This document shows positions 38,001 through 47,498 of a stretch of DNA of 64,000 bases, piece after piece. A model generated the notes under the pieces. That model was given only the letters and a program-made list of their open reading frames with translations. It made no database searches and was not told where the DNA came from. The translations under genes were made by a program, and so were the position numbers. Source of the DNA: Macrostomum lignano (Eukaryota). The stretch spans positions 124,001 through 188,000 of the forward strand of contig NIVC01001346.1 of NCBI GenBank assembly GCA_002269645.1. Reading direction: 5' to 3'. The first letter of the stretch is position 1. Every line of letters begins with the position of its first letter.

Positions 38001-38809
38001 CACCGATTCTCTAAAATTCCCCCCCCCGATTCTCTACAATTCCCTTCCCCGATTCTCTAAAATTCCCCGCCCCGATTCTCTACAATTCCCCTTCCCGGAT
38101 TCTCTACAATTCCCCTTCCAGATTCCCTACAATTCCCCTTCCAGATTCCCTACAATTCCCCTTCCAGATTCTCTACAATTCCCCTTCCAGATTCCCTACA
38201 ATTCCCCTTCCAGATTCTCTACAATTCCCCTTCCAGATTCTCTACAATTCCCCTTCCCGATTCTCTATTATTCCTTTCCCGGATTCCCCCCGACCCGCTG
38301 CCCTCACAATCCTCCGCTGCCGCCTCTCCAGCTCCTCCTCGGACAGTTGGCTCTCCTCAATCGGCCCAAAGCCGGCTGGTGCGGCGCTATCGCGCCTACG
38401 CGCCAACAGCAGACGCCTCGACTGCACGCTCGACTGGCGCCGTCGTCTGAGAAGCTCCGACAGGTTCGGCGCTGGCGTGTCATCTTCGGCCGACGCAGCG
38501 GTCGCGGCCCCAGCCGGGATCAGTGAGTTTCTGTATTGATACCGGCCTGACCGTCTTCGATTTAGAGAGGCCAGCTGCTGCCTGGGCTGACCGTACATTC
38601 TTAATTCGCTCACATGTACACGTGTCTCACCCTCTGCAGTTAAATAGTGTTGCCAACGCCAAGTCTTACATATAGATAAGAGCCGAAAAAGCACACTGCT
38701 GGAGTGACTTCCAACCAATACATGTGTATGACCCTGGCCTATATAGCTGTGCCGGCGTCTCATGCTTGAGCATGCGAGCAAAAATCTCTCTATCCCTCTT
38801 CCTCCTCAT
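26087..38809 (-). CDS. Tandem cyclic nucleotide-binding domain protein (CNBD2-like), ~739 aa, 14 exons
   Basis: Phase-consistent exons 38809-38670, 38599-38295, 37521-37386, 34687-34471, 34173-34085, 34000-33927, 31777-31617, 30916-30846, 30737-30660, 30574-30514, 29991-29569, 27106-27079, 26999-26884, 26407-26087 (total 2220 nt). CNB1: GRIIVRQSDPAQAFYFILFG...GDSFGELAIMNRSRRQSTV. CNB2: WIYILKSGSARV...LTRGAVFGL...SNGAECLLLDK. The first two exons and their junctions are less certain (weak donor GTCGGG at 38294). Confidence 0.82.
26445..26820. repeat. ~32-bp degenerate minisatellite (CTAGCTGGCAATCGTACTACTTCTGGGAATCC) in the last CNBD intron
   Basis: Period 32 (26701 vs 26733). Confidence 0.88.
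27265..28442. mobile_element. Non-autonomous TTAA-flanked foldback DNA element, 1178 bp
   Basis: TTAA at 27261-64 and 28443-46; 14-bp TIR CAGTAGAAAGACCA / TGGTCTTTCTACTG; internal inverted arms 27565-27737 / 27954-28126; removing it restores the satellite unit GGGCGC-TTAA-AGAAGACAGGGG. Confidence 0.88.
28443..29525. repeat. 20-22-bp minisatellite (GCGCTTAAAGAAGACAGGGG / GCGCTTAAAGGACAGGGG); degenerate left part at 27180-27264
   Basis: Directly visible; interrupted by the TTAA element. Confidence 0.95.
30095..30422. repeat. 20-bp minisatellite (CCCTCTCTACCCTCCCTGAT)
   Basis: Period 20 (30241, 30261). Confidence 0.93.
30953..31540. repeat. 24-bp minisatellite (GGCTTCATGGGTATCTTAGTAG[G/A]T)
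   Basis: Directly visible; gives spurious GGFMGILV and PPTKIPMK ORFs. Confidence 0.96.
32115..33895. repeat. 24-bp minisatellite (GAAGCAACCCTCAATGACCAGAT[C/G]) with higher-order variant blocks
   Basis: Directly visible; fills the CNBD intron 31778-33926. Confidence 0.96.
34810..35795. repeat. ~21-bp minisatellite (GATTGAACAAGGATTGATAAG and shorter variants)
   Basis: Directly visible. Confidence 0.95.
35892..36255 (-). mobile_element. Internally deleted mariner element (MITE-like, 364 bp)
   Basis: TA duplication at 35890-91 and 36256-57; ~26-bp TIR CGAGGGGTGATCAAAAAGTT[T/C]TGCAA; residual transposase C-terminus ...FQTWCTRMRRCIDSGGNYFKGM (35965-36159, -). Confidence 0.9.
36324..36381 (-). 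ncRNA. Minimal type I hammerhead ribozyme (mirror copy)
   Basis: Exact reverse complement of 36952-37009. Confidence 0.75.
36952..37009 (+). ncRNA. Minimal type I hammerhead ribozyme (Penelope-like)
   Basis: CTGACGA (36965-71), extra T, stem II GCAC/GTGC with 6-nt loop, GAAA (36987-90), palindromic ACGCGT in place of helix III, GUU cleavage triplet (cut after 36996). Helix I TTCTAATAAAATC / GAAGTTGTTAGAA pairs at 11 of 13 positions. Confidence 0.78.
37690..38285. repeat. 23-bp minisatellite (CTACAATTCCCCTTCCAGATTC[C/T])
   Basis: Period 23 (38104 vs 38127). Confidence 0.93.
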
Positions 38810-39704
38810 TGATCTTGCTCGCTTTTTTTCACAAACTCCGCAGCAGTTTTCTTCTTTTAACTCTCTCTCCCTTCCCAATAAATTCACTTTCCAAAGAACC
38901 TTCTGCTATAATAAAGCGCTGTTTGCGCTGGCTAAATTTACATTGGACATGGGCTAAACAAGCCGACCATATTCATGTATTATATGCAGCATTGCCTGTT
39001 TCTATGCCGCTAATTCTGCTTTGAGGCGGTAATAAATATTTAAAGAGAGTTCAGATATGCAGCGCAAATTAGAAGAGGTGATGGAGGTCACCAATTCAAA
39101 CTTAATATTTTCTTAGAAACGATTTTCGATTTTGGTAACGAACGTACATTTGTCGGATCGCCCTATAGTGCATTTAGCATGATCTTGAGAACGCCTACTA
39201 GCACTTAACGGGGTTTTGCCATAGACAAAGTACACTAAAACGCACTGGAGAAAAAATGAGTGCGGCGTCCCATTTCTTCAGTTTTGTATGCCATATGCCA
39301 ATCGACTGGTTTCGAAATTTTTATGTGTAATCAAATGAAGTAAGTTTGATAGGCAACATTACACATGTATAGTCACATTCGCAATTAGGAACTCAAATTT
39401 AGTGTTCAATAATTAAGTTATGGGCCAAGCACATAGCTGCGCTCTGATCCAATTACCAGCAACAAAGTAATCAACTACATTTTTACCACAAAACCGCTGC
39501 CCGCGGATACACTCTCTAGAAACGTTCTCGAGGAAGATTTCCGACTCAATAAAGTTTCATACTTTAAAACGGCGCTCATAAATCAGTGAGCCGCTTCTTA
39601 TAATCAGTTATCGGATTATGATTACGAGGGGAAAATTGACTTTTAAATCAATCTACAGGATAAAGCTTATTTAAGACTGAGGATTTGTGATTTTTCTTAA
39701 AATT

Positions 39705-39778
39705 TACAGCAGTTTCTCAGCGGTAAACGCGTCCGACTCTTGCGCAGCGACCCATGGTTCGATTCCGTGTGCAAACAC
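39705..39778 (+). other. Degenerate tRNA-like pol III head (SINE head or tRNA pseudogene)
   Basis: A-box-like TTTCTCAGCGG; B box GGTTCGATTCC at 39756-66 within a 5-bp T-stem CATGG/CCGTG; acceptor and D stems do not pair. Confidence 0.35.
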
Positions 39779-39821
39779 GAATTATGGGCTTGCGCAAGAT
39801 AATTGGCTGGTGGGTTGTCGT

Positions 39822-40692
39822 GCAAGATGTCGAGGCACACAGGGGAATTGCTGAGATGTCGAGGCTTACAGGGGAATTGCTGAGATGTCGAGGCATACTG
39901 GGGGAATTGCTGAGATGTCGAGGCACACAGGGGAATTGCTGAGATGTCGAGGCTTACAGGGGAATTGCTGAGATGTCGAGGCACACAGGGGAATTGCTGA
40001 GATGTCGAGGCTTACAGGGGAATTGCTGAGATGTCGAGGCTTACAGGGGAATTGCTGAGATGTCGAGGCATACTGGGGGAATTGCTGAGATGTCGAGGCA
40101 CACAGGGGAATTGCTGAGATGTCGAGGCTTACAGGGGAATTGCTGAGATGTCGAGGCTTACAGGGGAATTGCTGAGATGTCGAGGCACACAGGGGAATTG
40201 CTGAGATGTCGAGGCTTACAGGGGAATTGCTGAGATGTCGAGGCACACAGGGGAATTGCTGAGATGTCGAGGCTTACAGGGGAATTGCTGAGATGTCGAG
40301 GCTTACAGGGGAATTGCTGAGATGTCGAGGCATACTGGGGAATTGCTGAGATGTCGAGGCACACAGGGGAATTGCTGAGATGTCGAGGCTTACAGGGGAA
40401 TTGCTGAGATGTCGAGGCTTACAGGGGAATTGCTGAGATGTCGAGGCATACTGGGGGAATTGCTGAGATGTCGAGGCACACAGGGGAATTGCTGAGATGT
40501 CGAGGCTTACAGGGGAATTGCTGAGATGTCGAGGCACACAGGGGAATTGCTGAGATGTCGAGGCTTACAGGGGAATTGCTGAGATGTCGAGGCTTACAGG
40601 GGAATTGCTGAGATGTCGAGGCTTACAGGGGAATTGCTGAGATGTCGAGGCTTACTGGGGAATTTCTGAGATGTCGAGGCTTACAGGGGAAT
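39822..40692. repeat. 29/30-bp minisatellite (CAGGGGAATTGCTGAGATGTCGAGGC[TTA/ACA/ATACTG])
   Basis: Directly visible. Confidence 0.96.
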
Positions 40693-40696
40693 CGCT

Positions 40697-41100
40697 TCGG
40701 TGACAAGGCAAATAGTATTCAAAAATAGGATCACAAATATTCCAAACTGCAGATACTTGAAGCGCTGTACATTAAAGTGCATTCCCCAACCTCAACACTC
40801 AACTCCAACACAGTGGCGCCGGCGCAGGACATGTTCTCCGTGTGTTTTGAGAGAGGGGCACTGGATGTACATTCTGTACATCTAACTACATCGCTATCAA
40901 CCCGTCCCTGGACGTTGCCTCTCGACTTATGGACTAACAAACATGTACTTCAAATATTGATTTAATTTACAACCCACAATTTCGTATTTATTTACTGCCG
41001 ATCTCACTAGTTTCTTTCGCTCAAAAATAAACTTGAAGATGCACAGTATCGTGCGAAACGCGTTGTTCAATTAAATTAATTTGATGTTGATTTTCGCCTT
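40697..41100 (+). mobile_element. 3' remnant of a Penelope-like retroelement (GIY-YIG endonuclease C-terminus + pLTR)
   Basis: 40744-40810 encodes KLQILEALYIKVH then (frameshift) SPNLNTQL, matching the PLE endonuclease end motif EALYI...P.LN.Q. It is followed by an AT-rich tail and a hammerhead motif. Confidence 0.65.
41022..41075 (+). ncRNA. Diverged minimal hammerhead ribozyme (U3 variant)
   Basis: TTGAAGA-T-GCAC-AGTATC-GTGC-GAAA-CGCG-TT: the same stem II and ACGCGT as 36965-36996, but C3>U and a weak helix I. Confidence 0.55.
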
Positions 41101-43429
41101 CCTATTCATATTACTTGCCAAGCGAGCAACTCTACCTTTATTCACAAATAATTTTCGTCGCTTGCTTATTGGGCGCCATGAAGGAGGGCACTAGATTGCT
41201 AGTTGTGGGACGATGAGCCAGTAAGTAGTATAGAAAAAAATGCGAGCGAAGCGAGAATTTTTTTCTATACTGCTCACTTTTGCGAAATCGTCCCTGATAA
41301 GATGTAACGTGGTTGCACACACTAAAAATGACGTTTTTCAACTTTTAAACGCTGCCAATAAAAAACGGTACAACCGATTTACAAACAGTTTTTGCCAAAA
41401 TGTGTCAAAGACCTAGCGCTATCGGATGCACAATAGTTGGTTGCTATGGCAACGCGTTTTGGTTGCCATGGCAACCAAAAACTGCGTTTTTTCGACTTTG
41501 TCAAAAACTTTGATCTCAAAAAATAAGGATTGAGAATATGGCAGCGCTTAGCGAGTGGGCTCAGTAAACGCGGGCATTCAAACGCTACAATGATCAGAAA
41601 TGGATTTTTTGATTGTACTTTAACTTTTAGGGTAAAAGTGCAAAAAACGTGTTTTCTGAGGTCGAAAAATCGGCATTTTTTTCAACTTTGCCTCACCGCA
41701 GCGAAAAGGACGCGCGATAGCGCGGCCTTTGAGCTGCCTCATAGCGTCAATAACACCTGGGGCTGTTTGATGCGCTATAGTTTTTAGGGCTAAAATGTAC
41801 TTTTCACATGGCTGCCTATCTGCTGTTTAAAAGTACAAATTTTTAGTGCACTTTTGTGAGGCCTATGGCGTCGAGATGGAAAACTTTATTTTTGCTGTTT
41901 TGCATACCAAATAACTCAAATAGATGTCTTTTAATCGGAAACATCGAGATTTGGCCGATTGGGCCATCAATAACCTGCCCAGGTGCCAAAGAGTGCCTAA
42001 AAACGACATTTTCGAAAAATTGGGTCACGTTTTAAAAAAGTAGTCCTCAAACTTGAAAAAGTGTTTTATGCTACAGTGTTGAGACTTTAACACGACGTGT
42101 CAAACATATGGAAATTTGTTTTCCTAAATTTTCTAAGCATTTGGACCTACCTGTGCTGAGCAGTGACCCGGAAACCAGGGAAAAAAGAGGCCGGGGGCAC
42201 TGCAGAAAATCAGACGTTGTTAAGGAAATTTTTTTAAAATGGGGCAAAGTTTTTCGAGTATGGCGTCAAATTGTAGCCTATCGGATGCCCTTTTGAATGA
42301 CATAAAACACTCCTGAAAAAACCTCTGTTAACAGGTACTTTTTACCTGTTAAGTGAAAAACGGCCCATTCGGGGTACAAACTTTGAAGTCGAAAAATAAG
42401 AATTTTTGCGCACCGATTTTTCTGCATTTTCAATATTGTTTAGTCGAATAGCTAAAGTTACACCGGTCATACGCCAATATGGCTGGAAAATTCGTATTTT
42501 TGAGAAAATTGGCTCCGAATTTTTAGAAGGCTATTTTTGGGCAAATTTTGAGCATACTTTTGCTAATAACTCTGCATTGGCAAGGCCTAGAGACTCAATT
42601 TTGGTGTCTAAAAACAGCACTATGGATGCACTGTGCAACTAAATTAGTTTTGAAAACTGATTCTTAAGTTAATAGGTCTTAATACCTGTTTGAATACCTG
42701 TCAGAACAGGTGAAAATGCACAATTTGGCGCCTAGGAGGCGTAAAATTTGTTGACATACTTTAAAAATGCATTAGATGAATGCGCCTTGATGTTATCTCT
42801 GTAACGACATGCAACTCGCATTTTTAGATGAAGGCGCTGCGATGCAGCGAGCAGAAATGTATGAAAAAGCAGCAAAAATCGTAAAAGTGGCTACCATAGG
42901 GAATATTCGATATAAAGGGCGTGCACTGTAGAGCTTCGCTTAAGCAAGAGATGGATCGGGGCCGAAGGCAGTTGCTTTGTAAATGGCCTAAACACGGGTT
43001 CGAATCCCAAGTGGGCCAAGTTTTTTTTTTAAATTTAATTTTTTTAGCAGGAACGGATTTATTAGTATTTTCAATTCTCTTTCACTTGAATATAATTTAA
43101 TATTGATTGTTTAATTTTCATTTCCTTCTATACCTTATTAAAGAGTAAGAGTGAAGCTGAAAGTGCGGCACAGATGATTTGTTAGTGCAGAAAAAATATT
43201 ACGATACATATCGGCAAGTATCATGTGTTGCGCGGTCGCCAAAGGCTTACAAGCAGTTTTAGCATGCTAAAAAGATGTGTTAGAGGTGAGAAGAGTTGCG
43301 GAGGGGTGGGGTGGGGGAGCGGGGGTGTGGGGGCGGCAGCCCCCACGTTACGCAAACCCCACAACAACAACCACCCTCCCCAACAACAACGCGCGGGAGG
43401 GGTGGGGGAGCGGGGGTGTGGGGGCGGCC

Positions 43430-45648
43430 AGCCCCCCACTATACCACTAGAAAAACTAATGCCAGGGGCGTGGGGGGCGGCCAGCCCCCACTATACCACT
43501 AGACTAACTAATGCCAGGGGCGTGGGGGCGGCTAGCCCCCACTATACCACTATACCACTAGACTAACTAATGCCAGGGGCGTGGGGGCGGCCAGCCCCCC
43601 ACTATACCACTAGAAAAACTAATGCCAGGGGCGTGGGGGCGGCTAGCCCCTACTAAACCACAAGACTAACTAATGCCAGGGGCGTGGGGGCGGCCAGCCC
43701 CCCACTATACCACTAGACTAACTAATGCCAGGGGCGTGGGGGGCGGCCAGCCCCCACTATACCACTAGACTAACTAATGCCAGGGGCGTGGGGGGCGGCC
43801 AGCCCCCACTATACCACTAGACTAACTAATGCCAGGGGCGTGGGGGGCGGCCAGCCCCCCACTATACCACTAGACTAACTAATGCCAGGGGCGTGGGGGC
43901 GGCAAGCCCCCCCCCACTATACGAGCGTACCACTAGAAGAACTAATGCCAGGGGCGTGGGGGCGGCTAGCCCCCACTATACCACTAGACTAACTAATGCC
44001 AGGGGTGTGGGGGGCGGCCAGCCCCCACTATACCACTAGACTAACTAATGCCAGGGGCGTGGGGGCGGCCAGCCCCCCACTATACCACTAGACTAACTAA
44101 TGCCAGGGGCGTGGGGGGGCGGCAAGCCCCCCACTATACGAGCGTACCACTAGACTAACTAATGCCAGGGGCGTGGGGGGCGGCCAGCCCCCCACTATAC
44201 CACTAGACTAACTAATGCCAGGGGCGTGGGGGGCGGCCAGCCCCCCACTATACCACTAGACTAACTAATGCCAGGGGCGTGGGGGCGGCCAGCCCCCACT
44301 ATACCACTAGACTAACTAATGCCAGGGGCGTGGGGGCGGCCAGCCCCCCACTACACCACTAGACTAACTAATGCCAGGGGCGTGGGGGGCGGCCAGCCCC
44401 CCACTATACCACTAGACTAACTAATGCCAGGGGCGTGGGGGCGGCAAGCCCCCCCCCCACTATACGAGCGTACCACTAGAAGAACTAATGCCAGGGGCGT
44501 GGGGGCGGCTAGCCCCCCACTATACCACTAGACTAACTAATGCCAGGGGCGTGGGGGCGGCCAGCCCCCACTATACCACTAGACTAACTAATGCCAGGGG
44601 CGTGGGGGCGGCCAGCCCCCCACTATACCACTAGACTAACTAATGCCAGGGGCGTGGGGGCGGCCAGCCCCCCACTATACCACTAGACTAACTAATGCCA
44701 GGAGCGTGGGGGCGGCCAGCCCCCACTATACCACTAGACTAACTAATGCCAGGGGCGTGGGGGCGGCCAGCCCCCACTATACCACTAGACTAACTAATGC
44801 CAGGGGCGTGGGGGGCGGCCAGCCCCCCACTATACCACTAGACTAACTAATGCCAGGGGCGTGGGGGCGGCCAGCCCCCCACTATACCACTAGACTAACT
44901 AATGCCAGGGGCGTGGGGGCGGCCAGCCCCCCACTATACCACTAGACTAACTAATGCCAGGGGCGTGGGGGCGGCCAGCCCCCACTATACCACTAGACTA
45001 ACTAATGCCAGGGGCGTGGGGGCGGCCAGCCCCCCACTACACCACTAGACTAACTAATGCCAGGGGCGTGGGGGCGGCCAGCCCCCCACTATACCACTAG
45101 ACTAACTAATGCCAGGGGCGTGGGGGCGGCAAGCCCCCCCACTATACGAGCGTACCACTAGAAGAACTAATGCCAGGGGCGTGGGGGGCGGCTAGCCCCC
45201 ACTATACCACTAGACTAACTAATGCCAGGGGCGTGGGGGCGGCCAGCCCCCCACTATACCACTAGACTAACTAATGCCAGGGGCGTGGGGGCGGCCAGCC
45301 CCCCACTATACCACTAGACTAACTAATGCCAGGGGCGTGGGGGGCGGCCAGCCCCCACTATACCACTAGACTAACTAATGCCAGGAGCGTGGGGGGCGGC
45401 CAGCCCCCCACTATACCACTAGACTAACTAATGCCAGGGGCGTGGGGGCGGCCAGCCCCCCACTATACCACTAGACTAACTAATGCCAGGGGCGTGGGGG
45501 CGGCCAGCCCCCACTATACCACTAGACTAACTAATGCCAGGGGCGTGGGGGCGGCCAGCCCCCACTATACCACTAGACTAACTAATGCCAGGGGCGTGGG
45601 GGCGGCCAGCCCCCACTAGACCACTAGACTAACTAATGCCAGGGGCAT
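43430..45648. repeat. 51-53-bp GC-rich minisatellite (GCCAGGGGCGTGGGGGCGGCCAGCCCCCACTATACCACTAGACTAACTAAT)
   Basis: Period 51 (45481 vs 45532), about 42 units; a recurrent variant carries TATACGAGCGTACC. Confidence 0.96.
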
Positions 45649-46699
45649 ATGTCATAGCCATAAAAGGATAAAAACACAATATATAAACCATCGTCCCACC
45701 TTTGAAGACGACAGCGTCTTCATTCACTAGTTATTGCGATTAATGTCAATACGCTTTATAATTTGCCGAATTGAAATGAATCTCAAACAGAAAGTATTCT
45801 AGCAATGGTTAAAATAGTTTTAGCAAGCGCCAGTCAGCGCCCACAAAAGCAAGCTGAAGCAGCCAGTAACAGTTAATAAACAAACAGACAAAGACGGCGT
45901 GTATTTAAAATAAACGAGTCAAAAAGCAGGAGTTACATCAAATAACAGTTAGATAAAGTTAACTATACGAGCTATATAGACTAATAATTTAAGCAATAAA
46001 ATGAGTTATAAGATGTGCACACAGAGTCTCTAATATAAAAAATAGAACACTAATATTAGCAGGTAATAACGTTTTTAATTTTTTAATAAGCAATCAGTAT
46101 AGGCTCCGCTGCCAGAGCTAACAAAAAATGTTAATATTTAGGACTAAATAAAAGGTTTAACGACAGATTGCACGGCTATGTTAAATATCAAATATTTTTC
46201 TAAGCAATAAATATTGTCCATTTATACTAGCATAAAAAGCTATTCCAGATAATTAAATATATAGAAAAATTAAGTGCTTTCCGACCAAATAGTAGAAAAG
46301 GTCGCGTGCAGATATATGGTATACCTATTTGCTACTAGTAGTAGAGTGCGCGAAGTCAGACTTAACACAGTTAAAATTGATTAATTAATAAAAATAGCGC
46401 AGAAAAGCGATTAGAAAAAGCACTGAGAGGCGCAAGCGCCGATAAAATGTGCTTAAAGTGTTTGGGAAAAACTCTGAAAAGTACATTAGAACTTTGAATA
46501 AATGATAAGTAGACGGCCTACTAGATTAACAAAATGGAACACCGTTGTCAGCTCTTACATGCATTCATAGAAAAAAATAATAAAAAGTGAAAAAGCCTTC
46601 AAAGTTAGCAGTCGCAGAAAGATTTGTAATCATTAAACAATGAAAACTTTTCCACAATGACCGTCACGAACCTTTTTCATAAAATACGTATGAAATAAA

Positions 46700-47470
46700 T
46701 GTATATAGATTCTTGATCTGTCAGCAATACCCATTTGAATACATATGTATATAGATTCTTGATCTGTCAGCAATACCCATTTGAATACATATGTATATAT
46801 AGATTCCTGATCTGTCAGCAATACCCATTTGAATACATATGTATATAGATTCTTGATCTGTCAGCAATACCCATTTGAATACATATGTATATAGATTCTT
46901 GATCTGTCAGCAATACCCATTTGAATACATATGTATATAGATTCTTGATCTGTCAGCAATACCCATTTGAATACATATGTATATAGATTCTTGATCTGTC
47001 AGCAATACCCATTTGAATACATATGTATATAGATTCCTGATCTGTCAGCAATACCCATTTGAATACATATGTATATAGATTCTTGATCTGTCAGCAATAC
47101 CCATTTGAATACATATGAATATAGATTCTTGATCTGTCAGCAATACCCATTTGAATACATATGTATATAGATTCTTGATCTGTCAGCAATACCCATTTGA
47201 ATACATATGTATATAGATTCTTGATCTGTCAGCAATACCCATTTGAATACATATGTATATAGATTCTTGATCTGTCAGCAATACCCATTTGAATACATAT
47301 GTATATAGATTCCTGATCTGTCAGCAATACCCATAGGAATACATATGTATATAGATTCCTGATCTGTCAGCAATACCCATAGGAATACATATGTATATAG
47401 ATTCCTGATCTGTCAGCAATACCCATAGGAATACATATGTGTATATAGATTCCTGATCTGCCAGCAATAT
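46700..47470. repeat. 46-bp minisatellite (GTATATAGATTCTTGATCTGTCAGCAATACCCATTTGAATACATAT) immediately 3' of the ELOVL stop codon
   Basis: Period 46 (46801 vs 46847). Confidence 0.96.
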
Positions 47471-47498
47471 CCAACTAAGCAGAAATTGCACCACAAAG

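Noticed and set aside
39040-39570. Possible Kolobok-like element (TTAAAG...CTTTAA)
   Set aside because: Only 6 bp of terminal symmetry, which is expected by chance in AT-rich DNA.
42940-43030. tRNA gene (GGTTCGAATCCC followed by a T-run)
   Set aside because: Only a B box with a 3-bp stem; no A box or cloverleaf.
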